Positions 19,227 through 30,288 of a stretch of DNA of 64,000 bases are shown here, piece after piece. A program made the translations under genes and the position numbers. The stretch spans positions 288,001 to 352,000 of the forward strand of contig CAWIXE010000001.1 in the NCBI GenBank assembly GCA_963840035.1, read 5' to 3'. The notes beneath the pieces were generated by a model. It saw nothing but the letters and a program-made list of their open reading frames with translations, had not been told where the DNA came from and did no database searches. The stretch's first letter is position 1; every line of letters starts with the position of its first letter. The DNA comes from a candidate division FCPU426 bacterium (GTDB taxonomy: Bacteria > Oederibacteriota > PGYV01 > Palsa-1178).

Positions 19227-20969
19227 TTACGCCGGCAGCGTAAACTTGAAAGTACTTCCTTTGCCCATGCCCTCGGACTCCACCCATATCCTGCCGCCGT
19301 GGGATTCTACTATTTTTCTGCATATGGCAAGACCCATGCCCGTGCCTTCATATTCTTCCCTTGAGTTTAAGCGCTGGAATATCTGGAATATCTTTTCCTT
19401 ATACTGCATCTCCATGCCTATGCCGTTGTCCCGGCACATAAATGTATATTGCTCCCCGGATTTTTCAGCGCTTATGATAACAACCGGCGGCCTTCCGTCG
19501 GTAAATTTCAGGGCGTTGCCTATGAGGTTCTGAAAAAGCTGCTCAATATGTGTTTTCTCCGCCTTTATCACGGGCAGTTTTCCCTCCACGGTTACCGAGG
19601 CGTGCCTGTCCTGAATCTTGAATTTCATCATGCTGATGACATTATTTACCTCTTCCCCGGTATCCACGTCGTTTATGTCTTTTTGCGCCTTTCTAACCCT
19701 TGAGTACTCTAAAAGCCCCTCTATGAGCCCGGACATCCTGATGGCCCCGTCAGAGGCGAAGTTTATGTAGTCATTCCCGTCAGCGCCAAGCTTGTCCATG
19801 AATTTTTTCCGTATCAGCTGCACGTAGCTTGTGACCATGCGCAGCGGTTCCTTGAGGTCATGGGAAGCCACATAGGCAAAATCCTCAAGCTCCTCATTTG
19901 ACCTTTTTAATTCCCTTACAGTGTCTACTAAGTCCAGGTCCGCCTTCCTCTTTCCTGTTATGTCCCTGACGGAAAATATCCTGCCCGAAGCGTTCTGGTC
20001 CTTTATTACCTGCCTGCTTGATATGAGGACTGTTTTTCTTTTTCCCAGGAAATCAATGAATGTGGTCTCGACATTGGTGGCTTCGGTCCCGGAAGCGGCT
20101 ACTCCCGCGTTTTTTATCTGGTTTTCAATGAACCCCGCGATGCTTTCACTTACCTGGCCTTCATGAAACCCGAATATTTCCATGGCCGCGCGGTTCGCGG
20201 AAGTCAGCGCCCCGTAATTGTCAAGGAGCATAACCCCCTCGTCTATGAGTTCCATTATCCTGTCCGCGTTCCTTGTGGAGGAAAGGTTGAATGTCTCATA
20301 CTTTTCCGCGCTGTATATGAAACCTCCGACAAATATCAGGAACACCACGTTAACATCCACCGGATTATATACCCCGATATAATTCATGATTACGCTGCCT
20401 ACCGTGCCTATGGTAAAAACAGCCCCCGCGCTTATTATCATTACTTCCGCTACGTGTTTCTCGCTTTTCACCCTGGTTGTATTTCTGTGCCTAACAAGCA
20501 GAAACGTGCCCCAAAAAAACAGAATTATATAGTAAGCAAAATAAGCATAAGCCCAGAAGCCGTTTTTCCATGTTCCGCCTATGCCATACCCCATGTTTTT
20601 GCAGCAAACGAGCACCTCTCCGCTGTAATTCTGAAACACAAAAATTAAAGGCAGCAGCACCAGCCCAAGATGCAGAAACGGGTTTGAAAGCATTTTTTTA
20701 TTGTTTGTCATGAAAAGCATGAAAAGAAAGTAATACGCGATGAAGCTTGCCCAGCCCACGCTCTGGACCTTCATTACAACTGCGGCAGTCGCCATGTCCA
20801 CTAAGCTGTTGTCAAGTATGGTGCTGCAGGCGCTCCACAGCGCGAAATAAAAGAACAGCACGGAAAGCACCCAGTTAATGATGGCAAACGGATTTTTAGT
20901 GATTACATAGAATATGGCAAATGTATAAACGCAGAAACTCAGGAAGTGAACCAGTGTCCAAAAATTCAA
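19227..20969 (-). CDS. Sensor histidine kinase (7TM N-terminus, PAS, HisKA, HATPase)
   Basis: ASHDLKEPLR H-box, NLIGNALKF, DNGIG and GTGMGL motifs. Confidence 0.92.
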   Translation of the reverse strand: MNFWTLVHFLSFCVYTFAIFYVITKNPFAIINWVLSVLFFYFALWSACSTILDNSLVDMATAAVVMKVQSVGWASFIAYYFLFMLFMTNNKKMLSNPFLHLGLVLLPLIFVFQNYSGEVLVCCKNMGYGIGGTWKNGFWAYAYFAYYIILFFWGTFLLVRHRNTTRVKSEKHVAEVMIISAGAVFTIGTVGSVIMNYIGVYNPVDVNVVFLIFVGGFIYSAEKYETFNLSSTRNADRIMELIDEGVMLLDNYGALTSANRAAMEIFGFHEGQVSESIAGFIENQIKNAGVAASGTEATNVETTFIDFLGKRKTVLISSRQVIKDQNASGRIFSVRDITGKRKADLDLVDTVRELKRSNEELEDFAYVASHDLKEPLRMVTSYVQLIRKKFMDKLGADGNDYINFASDGAIRMSGLIEGLLEYSRVRKAQKDINDVDTGEEVNNVISMMKFKIQDRHASVTVEGKLPVIKAEKTHIEQLFQNLIGNALKFTDGRPPVVIISAEKSGEQYTFMCRDNGIGMEMQYKEKIFQIFQRLNSREEYEGTGMGLAICRKIVESHGGRIWVESEGMGKGSTFKFTLPA

Positions 20970-21051
20970 TTTGTCCCCGCCCTTTTTTAATGTTTATGAA
21001 ACTTCATTTAATGCCATATGTATTATATCATAAACATTAAAGAAAATTGAT

Positions 21052-24000
21052 TTATTTGGATCTATTAGGATTTTTAGCCCTCTTTGGGATATGTGATTTG
21101 GGATTTGTGGCTGCCTTCCGCCCCTCCACCCAGTCATATACCACGGGTATGACAATAAGGGTAAGGAATGTCGAAGTAATAAGCCCGCCTATTACGGCGA
21201 TAGGCATTGTCTTTGCCATGATGACCGATTCGCCGAAACCTAAAGCCAGCGGCATCATTCCGAATATCATGGAAAAAGTGGTCATTAATATTGGCCGGAG
21301 GCGTATGGGGCCGGCGTGGGTGAGGGCGTCCCTCGCGCTCATTCCTTCCGCCTTTTTCTGGTTCGTAAAATCAATCAGCAGGATGCCGTTCTTTGCCACA
21401 AGCCCGAGCACCATCAGGATGCCTATCATTGCCATGATATCAAGCTGCTGTCCGGTTATAAGCAGGGCCAAAAACGCGCCGATGATGGCCAGCGGCACAG
21501 ATATCATTAATATAAGCGGCTGTATGAGTGAGTTATAAAGCGACGCAAGTATCATGTACATGAAAAGAAGCGCCAGCAGCATTGCCGTGCCCATCTGCAC
21601 GATGGTCTCCTTTAACTGCGTGGCCTGCCCTCCGAAAGAATACTCGTAGCCGTACGGTATTATTACCTGCTGTTTTATCCTTGTTTCCACGGCCTTAACC
21701 ACGTCGCCTATGGCAAAACCCTCCTTTAAGCTTCCCGTTACCTTCACTATCTTCTTCTTGTTCTCCCTTTTTATCTCGACCGGACCGGAGCCGTACTCGA
21801 AATGGGCCACTGCGGAGAGCGGCACTTTCTGGCCTGAAGGCGCGGTAAGCATTATGTCCCTTACCGAGCCGATGGACTGCTTTTCACTGCGCGGCAGTTC
21901 CATTATTACCGGGTATTCCTTCTCGCCCTTTTTAAACTTCGATATTTCCCTTCCGTTTATCATGATGTTTAATACCGCGCCGATATCGTAAGTGGAAAGC
22001 CCCATTCTGGCGGCTTTGATCCTGTCTGTGACTATTGTAATCTCCGGCTTGCCAGGCCTGTACGATGTATTCGTAGTTGCCACGCCAGGAGTTTCATCTG
22101 CCGCCTTTTTTATCTTCCTTGCCAGGTCCTCTATTACTTTTATATCCTCTCCCGTTATATTGATGGTAATAGGATAACTGTCTCCGCCTCCGGAGAGCAC
22201 CTGCCCCGCGCCGGAATCCTGCATGATGAGCAGCACATCGTTGCCCAGCACCTGCTCGATTTTTTTATACTCCTGCAGCGCGGCAGGCGTTGACTTCCTG
22301 CCGCCTTTTTTTATCTTCGCGTAAATTGAACCTATGTTTTTCTCGGATGTGCCGCGCGAACCCTCGCCGCCAGCCACAACGTAATATTTTTCTATGTCAG
22401 GCACTGTCTTTAAGTACGCCTCAACCTTTTTAAGTTTTGCGTCCACCACGTCTATGGTCGCGTCAGGCCTGCATTCCACAGAATATTCTATGTCGCCGTA
22501 GTCAGAATCCGGCATGAAGGCAAACCCCAAAAACATTACGGCGAAAAATGACGCCAGCAGAAGTCCCAGGGTCCCGAATACAACTGTTTTTTTATGGTCA
22601 AGGCTCCAGTCAAGCAGGCCCACATATACTTCCTTAATGCTTTCATAGAACTTTTCCCAGTTCGTGTGTACATCATGGAAGAACCCTGTTTTCTTCTTTT
22701 CAGTATCTTCCTTTTTCCACCAGTAGGCGGAAAGCATGGGCGCCGTGGTAAATGCGTCAAGCAGCGATATCATAAGCGCGAAAGCTATAGTAAGTCCGAA
22801 TTGCTTGAAAAACTGGCCGACAATACCGTTTAAAAACGATATGGGGATGAAGACTGCCATGATGGACGCGGTCGTGGCAATGACCGCCAGCGCCACCTCG
22901 TTTGTCCCTTTTACAGCGGCTTCTTTCGGGCTCATGCCTTTTTCTATGTATCTGAAAATATTTTCGCGCACGACTATGGAATCGTCTATTAAAAGCCCTA
23001 TGGAAAGGGACAGGGCGAGCAGCACCATCATGTTAATTGTAAAGCCCGCGTTATGAATGAAAAAGAACGCGCCTAAAAGCGAATTTGGCAGCGCAATCGC
23101 CGTTATCATGGTGGAGCGGAATGACCCTAAAAAGAGCCAGACTATTACGATGGCGCATAGCGCGCCGAGTATAATATCCGTCTGCAGCCCCTCTATGGAT
23201 TTTTCCACGTGAATGGTCGGGTCCCTGAATATCTCGAATTTTACCCCCTGAGGCAGCTTCTCGCTTAATTTTTTAACCTTTTGTTTTACTGTCCTGGCGA
23301 TTTCAACGCTGTTCTCGCCGGACTGTTTGTAAACGCCGAATATGATTGCGTTCTCGCCGTTTATGCGGGCGCGCCTTTTTTCATCGTCAAGGCCGAAGCT
23401 CACTTTTGCGATATCCTTTACCCTGACAGTGCCCCCGGCGTATGTCTTAATCACCGTGTTTTCAATCTCGGATGTGCTGGCGTACCTTCCCTTTACCCTG
23501 ACGTCTATGGAGCGCTCTTTTTTTTCAATGGCGCCGGCGGGTATGTTCATGTTTTCCTTTTTTATCGCCTCTATGACCTGGCTGAAGGATACAAGCCTGG
23601 CAGAGAGCGCGGCCTTATCCACTGTTATTTTCACGGCCCTGCTGCGGCCGCCCCATATATCGACCCTTCCGACTCCTTTTACTTTTTCTATCTCGGGTTT
23701 TAAAGAATCATCTATTATCTCGGTCAAAGTGGCCATGTCTTTCTGGCCCCTGACCGACATGGCCACTACAGGTATCCACTCAGCCGCGGAAAAGCGCTGG
23801 ATGGAAGGGTCTTCCGCGTCTTCAGGGAGTTTCCACTTTGCCTTGTTTACCGCGTCGCGTACCTTTGTCTCGGCGTACTTTACATCAGCGCCGAGGCTGA
23901 AACGCGCGGTTATTATGGATACTGACTCGGCAGATGTTGAAGACAGGGTGTCTAGCCCCTCCACGACTGCGAGCGCGTCTTCCATGGGTTTTGTCACAAG

Positions 24001-24183
24001 GTTTTCTATTTCTTCGGCTGAAGCGCCGGCATAGACGGTAGTTACGGAAATTGTGGGGTATTCAATGTCAGGAAGCATGTCCACTCCCATCGAGTTGTAT
24101 CCTATGAAGCCGAGGGTAAGTATGGATACGACTATCATGATGACAAATATGGGGCGCTTTATTGCTAACTCTGCTATATTCAT
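21052..24183 (-). CDS. RND efflux permease (AcrB/SwrC-like), second copy
   Basis: GLLIDDSIVVREN, KNGILLID and RLRPILMTT motifs. Confidence 0.94.
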   Translation of the reverse strand: MNIAELAIKRPIFVIMIVVSILTLGFIGYNSMGVDMLPDIEYPTISVTTVYAGASAEEIENLVTKPMEDALAVVEGLDTLSSTSAESVSIITARFSLGADVKYAETKVRDAVNKAKWKLPEDAEDPSIQRFSAAEWIPVVAMSVRGQKDMATLTEIIDDSLKPEIEKVKGVGRVDIWGGRSRAVKITVDKAALSARLVSFSQVIEAIKKENMNIPAGAIEKKERSIDVRVKGRYASTSEIENTVIKTYAGGTVRVKDIAKVSFGLDDEKRRARINGENAIIFGVYKQSGENSVEIARTVKQKVKKLSEKLPQGVKFEIFRDPTIHVEKSIEGLQTDIILGALCAIVIVWLFLGSFRSTMITAIALPNSLLGAFFFIHNAGFTINMMVLLALSLSIGLLIDDSIVVRENIFRYIEKGMSPKEAAVKGTNEVALAVIATTASIMAVFIPISFLNGIVGQFFKQFGLTIAFALMISLLDAFTTAPMLSAYWWKKEDTEKKKTGFFHDVHTNWEKFYESIKEVYVGLLDWSLDHKKTVVFGTLGLLLASFFAVMFLGFAFMPDSDYGDIEYSVECRPDATIDVVDAKLKKVEAYLKTVPDIEKYYVVAGGEGSRGTSEKNIGSIYAKIKKGGRKSTPAALQEYKKIEQVLGNDVLLIMQDSGAGQVLSGGGDSYPITINITGEDIKVIEDLARKIKKAADETPGVATTNTSYRPGKPEITIVTDRIKAARMGLSTYDIGAVLNIMINGREISKFKKGEKEYPVIMELPRSEKQSIGSVRDIMLTAPSGQKVPLSAVAHFEYGSGPVEIKRENKKKIVKVTGSLKEGFAIGDVVKAVETRIKQQVIIPYGYEYSFGGQATQLKETIVQMGTAMLLALLFMYMILASLYNSLIQPLILMISVPLAIIGAFLALLITGQQLDIMAMIGILMVLGLVAKNGILLIDFTNQKKAEGMSARDALTHAGPIRLRPILMTTFSMIFGMMPLALGFGESVIMAKTMPIAVIGGLITSTFLTLIVIPVVYDWVEGRKAATNPKSHIPKRAKNPNRSK

Positions 24184-24294
24184 GAAACTCTCCTTGGTTT
24201 AATCACATGTCCCAAATCACAAATAAGACATGATAAATCACAAAACTCAAATCACTATCCGCCTTTCTTTGGGATTGTGATTTGGGAGATGTGA

Positions 24295-25191
24295 TTATCT
24301 TACTTCGATCTTTGTCCCGTCACTCAGTTTAAAATTCCCTTCCGTTATAACCTGCGCGCCTTCTGTTACCCCGCTTTTTGCCTCTATCTCGGCGCCGGAC
24401 ATGAAACCGGTCTCTATATCAGCCCTTTTTGCCTTGCCTGCTTCATTTATATATACATATGTTTTCCCGTCGCCCATCAAAACCGCGCTTTCCGGCAGCA
24501 TGACAGCTTTTCTTTTGCCTATAAGAACCCGGACATCCACGGACATACCGGGCTTTATCAGCATGCCTGCGTTTTTTCCTTTTACTATTATGGTGCCTGA
24601 CATGGTGTCTGAATCAATAAAAGGCGTGGATGAATATACCGTGGCCTTTATGGCCTTATCCGCGTCATAGACTGATTTTATCTCCGCTTCCATGCCATTT
24701 TTGACCTTTACCATTTCTTCCTCGCCCACGCTTAACACTACTTTTATGTTTTCCGGGTCAGCCACTTCCGCTATGGGGTAGTCTGAGGAAACCGATGCCC
24801 CCCTGTCGGAAAAATATATTTTTGTGACGATTCCGTTTATCGGTGATTTTACCGGCGCGAGCTGGTAATCCATGCCGCCGACCATGTCGCGGTTTATGTA
24901 AATTATTGCCTGATCCTTTCTCACGCGGTCGCCTTCGGTTACAAGGGCGCGCTCAAACTTGCCCTTGACTATCGGGTAAACCTTTACCTGAGGGTCGCCC
25001 TGGGCCACTCCCTGTATGGCCACATCTTCAATGATTTCCTTGGCCTGAGCCGCGACAAAAGAAACTTTTACGGACTGTTCCGCCTCTTTTTTATTAACCC
25101 TGATGAGTTTTATAGCTATCTGAACGACAATTATAAGCACCAGCGCCGCTACGGTTATCAGCGCCCATTTCTGAACTTTTTTTCTGTCCAT
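24295..25191 (-). CDS. RND periplasmic adaptor (MFP)
   Basis: N-terminal TM helix, lipoyl-like segments, KPGMSV, VITEG. Start refined by the AAGGAG RBS. Confidence 0.88.
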   Translation of the reverse strand: MDRKKVQKWALITVAALVLIIVVQIAIKLIRVNKKEAEQSVKVSFVAAQAKEIIEDVAIQGVAQGDPQVKVYPIVKGKFERALVTEGDRVRKDQAIIYINRDMVGGMDYQLAPVKSPINGIVTKIYFSDRGASVSSDYPIAEVADPENIKVVLSVGEEEMVKVKNGMEAEIKSVYDADKAIKATVYSSTPFIDSDTMSGTIIVKGKNAGMLIKPGMSVDVRVLIGKRKAVMLPESAVLMGDGKTYVYINEAGKAKRADIETGFMSGAEIEAKSGVTEGAQVITEGNFKLSDGTKIEVR

Positions 25192-25414
25192 GTTATCTCC
25201 TTTAAATACAGTCTCAATAATCTCAAAACAACTCTTAAGAAAACCATTCATTCGTTGCCGCTTAAATGCGCCTGTTCTTTTGCCTTCGTAGGTGCGAGCC
25301 GGTGGCTCGCCCGAAACACAGGCAGTCTAAACCGATTTTAAGACAAAAGCCGGGCGAGTCAGCGCCTCGCCCCTACGAAAACCAAATCAATAATACCAGC
25401 TGCCCAATAAATAC

Positions 25415-25867
25415 TTATTTCTCAAACCGCTTCGTCAATATCTCCTTAGTCCTTTTCACAAAAACATTCACTATCTTTCTTTCCACATGGTTGAGCTTTG
25501 AGAGGTATTTATCTATGTACTCAATCCCGATGTTCCTGTTAAAATCCACCAGTTCTTTGCCCTTTTTCGTTATGGTCATGATGACTTTCCTTCTGTCCTT
25601 ATCCGAGTGCTTCCTCGCGGCGTAGCCCATGGCCACAAGCTTTGACATGATGTCTGTCATGGTGGGCATCTGCACTCGTGCCAGCGCGGCAAGCTCGCCC
25701 ATGGTTAACCCTTCGCTGTCGTAAAGGAAGTAAAGGGCGGTTATCTGCGCGAAGTTAAGCTTTTCCATGCCGCCCTGAAAGATTTCTATGTTTTTATTGG
25801 ACCGCACGGCGCGCACTATGTCCACGATGTGGTTAAAAAGCTCTGCCGCGTCCTGTTTTTCCTTCAT
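25415..25867 (-). CDS. MarR-family regulator
   Basis: MGELA HTH and DKDRR wing. Confidence 0.9.
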   Translation of the reverse strand: MKEKQDAAELFNHIVDIVRAVRSNKNIEIFQGGMEKLNFAQITALYFLYDSEGLTMGELAALARVQMPTMTDIMSKLVAMGYAARKHSDKDRRKVIMTITKKGKELVDFNRNIGIEYIDKYLSKLNHVERKIVNVFVKRTKEILTKRFEK

Positions 25868-25934
25868 TAACTGCTCCCTCGTCCGCCGAAGCCGGTTCTA
25901 TCGGCGAAGGCGGATCCTTAGTAAAACATAATAT

Positions 25935-25976
25935 TTAGGTAAGGCTAAGTATATATTATTTAAACCTTAAAGTCAA
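25935..25976 (-). promoter_or_regulatory. Promoter and palindromic operator of the second MarR-RND operon
   Basis: TTGACT-17-TATACT followed directly by TTAGCCTTACCTAA. Confidence 0.7.
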
Positions 25977-26080
25977 TTAGCAATTGTCAATTCCATACCA
26001 CAAATGTTTACAACCACGTAGGGGACGCATATATGCGTCCCCTGCAATACAAACCCGTGCTATTTCAGGACCGTCATACG

Positions 26081-26118
26081 AAACAAAAAAGGCGCGGTTT
26101 CCCGCGCCTTTTTTGTTT
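26081..26118 (-). terminator. Intrinsic terminator after the first RND operon
   Basis: aaacaaaaaaggcgcgg-tttc-ccgcgccttttttgttt. Confidence 0.85.
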
Positions 26119-26130
26119 ACCACAGTTATC

Positions 26131-29100
26131 TTATTTTGCCTTTTTTAATTTGAGTTTCTTTAATGCCTTCAGCTTTTCCTCTTTTTTCCTCATCGCCCTT
26201 GTCTCAAAGTGCTCATATACAACAGGCACGACTACCAGCGTTAAGAACGTGGATGTAAGCAGGCCTCCTATTACAACCGTGGCGAGGCCTTCCCTTCCTT
26301 TGGAACCTTCTCCGAGCGACATGGCTATCGGCAGCATTCCGAAAATCATGGCGAATGTCGTCATCAAAATCGGCCTTAACCGGATGGGGGCCGCGTGAAG
26401 TATGGCTTCCCTCATTTTCATGCCCTGGTCGCGCATCTTGTTCGTAAAATCAAGGAGCAATATGCCGTTTTTCGCCACGAGCCCTATGACCATGAGCATT
26501 CCGATGAACCCGAAGAGGTCCAGGTCATAACCCGTAAGCAGCAGCGCCAAAAACGCGCCAATGATGGCAAGCGGCACGGCGACCATTATATAGAGAGGCT
26601 GGACATACGAGTTATAAAGCGATGCCAGAATCATGTACATGAAAAGTATGGCCAAAAGCATGGCCTTTCCCATCTCGAGCCCGAGCGATGCAAATTCCTT
26701 TGACTGGCCGCCCGCGGTGTATGCGTAGCCCTTCGGGAAAATTACGCTTTTTTCTATTGCGGCCTTTATCTTCTGGTTCACAAGCCCTATGTTTCCTCCC
26801 GGCGCGATATTGGCCGTAACCTTAACCACCCTGACCTTGTTTTCCCTGCGTATTTCGGAAGGGCCTGAAGTATAGTTGAAATCCACAACCGATGTCAGAG
26901 GAACCTTTTTGCCCATCCTGGTGGTTATGACTATACTTTTTAGATCGTCAACTTTTCTCCTGTTTGCCTTGTCCATCTGCATGGTTATGTCATACTGCTT
27001 TTCGCCTTTTTTAAAGTTGGTAATCTTAGTGCCCTGCATTAAGGTGCGCAGGAGCCCGCCTATCTCTGCCGTGGATATCCCGAGCTTTTCCGACTTTATC
27101 GGGTCAACTTTCAGCACGATTTCCGGAAGGCCGGGTTTTAACGAGACATCCGCGTCAGCGGCACCCGGCGTTTCCTGTACTATTTTCTTTATCTGCGACG
27201 AGAGGTTCTCAAGCACTTTCAGGTCATCGCCTGAGAGGCTGATTAATACAGGCAGGTATGAATCATCGCCTCCGCCCATGCCGCTTGTTATATTTAAATT
27301 GATGTATTTATCAAGTTTGCTTTCCTTCATAAAATTCCTGACCCTTTCGGCCTGCTTGTCAGTGGAAAGTTTCCTTTTGCCAAGCGGCTTCATGGAAACC
27401 AGGAGCGACCCTCTGTTAGTCCCCACGTTGCCGGACATGTCCGTACCTGCCATGACAAAGTATGATTCTATGTCCTTTTCTTTTGAAATAAAGTCCTCGA
27501 TCATGGATACGTACTGCGATGTTTTTTCAAGCGGCGCGCCTGAGTATGTTTCCATGCTCGCCATGAACATGCCGCGGTCGGAGTTCATGAAGCTTTTGCC
27601 TATGAAAGGCACAAGGAAGAAACTTCCTATGAAAAGCCCCACTGCCCACCCTATGACTGTTTTTTTATGATTAAGCGACCACTCAAGTATTTCGCCGTAC
27701 CAGACAGCCGCATCTTCATAAAATTCATTCCATTTGTCGGAAATTTCATACGCGGCCTTTATAAACCCGGTCTTCTTTGTCCTGTCTTCTTTTTTGTACC
27801 AGTATGCCGAGAGCATGGGCGCCGTGGTAAATGCGTCCAGCAGCGAGATGCCAAGCGCGAAAGCCACTGTCAGCCCGAACTGCTTAAAAAACTGGCCTAT
27901 GACCCCGGATAAAAATGATATCGGAAGGAATACGGCCATGATTGAAAGAGTTGTTGATATTACGGCAAGCGCTACTTCGTTCGTGCCGAACTCAGCCGCT
28001 TTTTTCGGCTCCATGCCCGCTTCTATGTGCCTGAATATGTTCTCGCGCACGACTATGGAGTCGTCAATTAAAAGCCCGACCGCAAGTGACAGCGAGAGCA
28101 GTGTGATGGTATTTATGGAAAAACCCGCTATCATCATAAGGAAGAACGAGCCTATGATGGAATTCGGCAGGGCCACTGCGGTGATTATGGCTGACCTGAA
28201 ATTGCCCAAAAAGAGCCAGACTATAAGTATGGCAAGTATGGCGCCTATTAAAATATTCTCAAGTATGCCCTCGACGCTTCTTTTTATTCCGGTGGTGGTA
28301 TCCCCGGCTGAGGCGAGCTTTACGTCTGACGGGAGGGTCTTTTGTATTTCCTTTATCTGTTTTAAGACATTATTGGCCACTTCGACGGAATTCGCGCCGC
28401 TTTGTTTTAACACCGAGAACATGACAGCAGGGGACTTGTTTACCCTGACCTTTACGGTTTCGTCCTCAAGCGTAAAGTTTACTTTGGCCACATCCTTTAT
28501 CCTTACTATTTTTCCCGTATTGGATGTCAGCGGCAGGTTTCCTATGTCTTCCACATTCTGGAACTCGCCCAATATCCTGACCGTAATATTTTTTTCAGTT
28601 CCCTCGACCACGCCTACGGGGAAGTTAAGGTTCCTGCCGTTTATCGCGCCTGTTATCATCCCTGTGGTGATGCCCCTGGCTAAAAGCAGCGCCTTGTTAA
28701 CCTCTATCTTTACCATCTTTTTCTGGCCGCCGAAAATATTAATCGACGCCACGCCCGGGATCCTTTCAAGCTGCGGTTTTATGTCGTCCTCAAGCAGCTC
28801 GCGCAGGTCCGCCGACGTCCTTTTCCCGGATACTGACATGAACTGTATGGGAATGTCGGAAAAACTGAATTTCTGTATGATGGGCTCCTGTATGTCGTCA
28901 GGCAAAATAGTCTTTGTGGCGGCTACCTTGTCCCTTACCTTTATCTCGGCGAATTTGACATCCGTGCCGAGCGTAAAGGAAACGCCAATCATTGCGACAC
29001 CTTCCCTGCACGAAGTGGTCACCTTATCTAGCCCTTCAAGGGTGGAAAAGGAATCTTCAAGCGGCTTTGCCACTATGGTTTCCATTTCCTCAGCTGACGC

Positions 29101-29259
29101 CCCGGGGTATATTACCGTGACCGAGACAGTCGGAAAGTCCACGTTAGGCATTAAGTCCCACGGAAGGCTGGTATACCCGAGCCAGCCCAGGGTAATGATG
29201 GATAAAACTATCATTACGATGAATACCGGTCTCTTTATAGCTAATGCTGCTATGTTCAT
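26131..29259 (-). CDS. RND efflux permease (AcrB/SwrC-like), first copy
   Basis: Same RND motifs as 21052..24183 and clearly paralogous to it. Confidence 0.94.
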   Translation of the reverse strand: MNIAALAIKRPVFIVMIVLSIITLGWLGYTSLPWDLMPNVDFPTVSVTVIYPGASAEEMETIVAKPLEDSFSTLEGLDKVTTSCREGVAMIGVSFTLGTDVKFAEIKVRDKVAATKTILPDDIQEPIIQKFSFSDIPIQFMSVSGKRTSADLRELLEDDIKPQLERIPGVASINIFGGQKKMVKIEVNKALLLARGITTGMITGAINGRNLNFPVGVVEGTEKNITVRILGEFQNVEDIGNLPLTSNTGKIVRIKDVAKVNFTLEDETVKVRVNKSPAVMFSVLKQSGANSVEVANNVLKQIKEIQKTLPSDVKLASAGDTTTGIKRSVEGILENILIGAILAILIVWLFLGNFRSAIITAVALPNSIIGSFFLMMIAGFSINTITLLSLSLAVGLLIDDSIVVRENIFRHIEAGMEPKKAAEFGTNEVALAVISTTLSIMAVFLPISFLSGVIGQFFKQFGLTVAFALGISLLDAFTTAPMLSAYWYKKEDRTKKTGFIKAAYEISDKWNEFYEDAAVWYGEILEWSLNHKKTVIGWAVGLFIGSFFLVPFIGKSFMNSDRGMFMASMETYSGAPLEKTSQYVSMIEDFISKEKDIESYFVMAGTDMSGNVGTNRGSLLVSMKPLGKRKLSTDKQAERVRNFMKESKLDKYINLNITSGMGGGDDSYLPVLISLSGDDLKVLENLSSQIKKIVQETPGAADADVSLKPGLPEIVLKVDPIKSEKLGISTAEIGGLLRTLMQGTKITNFKKGEKQYDITMQMDKANRRKVDDLKSIVITTRMGKKVPLTSVVDFNYTSGPSEIRRENKVRVVKVTANIAPGGNIGLVNQKIKAAIEKSVIFPKGYAYTAGGQSKEFASLGLEMGKAMLLAILFMYMILASLYNSYVQPLYIMVAVPLAIIGAFLALLLTGYDLDLFGFIGMLMVIGLVAKNGILLLDFTNKMRDQGMKMREAILHAAPIRLRPILMTTFAMIFGMLPIAMSLGEGSKGREGLATVVIGGLLTSTFLTLVVVPVVYEHFETRAMRKKEEKLKALKKLKLKKAK

Positions 29260-29315
29260 GTTGAACTCCTTGTTAATAAGTTATAAGTAATAGGTAATAA
29301 GTCAGAAGTGACGCT

Positions 29316-30245
29316 TTACTTTTTTCCTTTTGCCTTTGCATTGAGTGTGAGCGTGCCGTTATCCACCGACGCGCCTTCAAAAAGCCTGAAGTTTCCGTCA
29401 GTTACTACGGTGTCGCCTTCAGAAAGCGGCCCGTCAATTTCTATCATGTCATTAATCCTGAATCCTGTATTTACTTTTACCTGCGATACTTTTCCGCCCT
29501 TGTTCACATATACATAAGCCCCGGATTCACCCAGGAGCACTGCTTTTTCGGGAACAACGAAACCCTCTTTTTCCTCGGTCAAAACATCCACGTTCACAGA
29601 CATGCCAATTTTCATGGTTTTTCCCTTGTTTGCCGCCTTTACCACCACGGTACCAGCCATGATATCCTTGTCCACCACCGGCGGCACTGACGCCACTGTG
29701 GCGGTTACTGAGATGGCGCTGTCATTGACAAAAAATATCTGCGCGCTCTGGCCCTTATGCACCTTTAAAAGGTCGTCCTGGCCGAGGTTGAAAACGACTT
29801 TTATATTATCCTCATTTGCCACTTCAGCCACGGGCATCTGCGGCGATACTGAATCGCCCTTGTCCATGTAATAAAGTTTAGTTATCATGCCGGTAACCGG
29901 CGCCTTTACAGGGGCGAGCTCAAACGTGGCGCCCACTATGTCGCGGTCTATGAATGAAATAATGTCCCCGCGGTTTACCATCTGGCCTTCAACCACGTTG
30001 TTCCTTGAAAATTTTCCCGGCACCTGCGGGTAAACTTTAACCTGCGGGTCGCCTTCCAATATGCCCTGCACCGATAGTATGTGCGGCACTTTCTGCTTTG
30101 CCAGCTTTACGTCCGATATGTTAAAAATTACATCCTTCTGTTTCTTCGCGCCGTTTGCGATCGAAATCACAACGCGGATTAGGATAAACGCCACGAGCGC
30201 TATCCCCGCCCACTTTAATATTGTTTTTGCAAGTTCCCTGTTCAT
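29316..30245 (-). CDS. RND periplasmic adaptor (MFP)
   Basis: Paralog of 24295..25191 (shared GDPQVKVYP). Confidence 0.88.
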   Translation of the reverse strand: MNRELAKTILKWAGIALVAFILIRVVISIANGAKKQKDVIFNISDVKLAKQKVPHILSVQGILEGDPQVKVYPQVPGKFSRNNVVEGQMVNRGDIISFIDRDIVGATFELAPVKAPVTGMITKLYYMDKGDSVSPQMPVAEVANEDNIKVVFNLGQDDLLKVHKGQSAQIFFVNDSAISVTATVASVPPVVDKDIMAGTVVVKAANKGKTMKIGMSVNVDVLTEEKEGFVVPEKAVLLGESGAYVYVNKGGKVSQVKVNTGFRINDMIEIDGPLSEGDTVVTDGNFRLFEGASVDNGTLTLNAKAKGKK

Positions 30246-30288
30246 TTCAAACCTCCGTGTTTAGTTAATTTTTACAGCGGCTACCAAC

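Noticed and set aside
27734..29290. 518-aa plus-strand ORF and similar long antisense ORFs (13993, 23342, 26876, 54374)
   Set aside because: These are antisense shadows of well-supported genes with no recognisable motifs.
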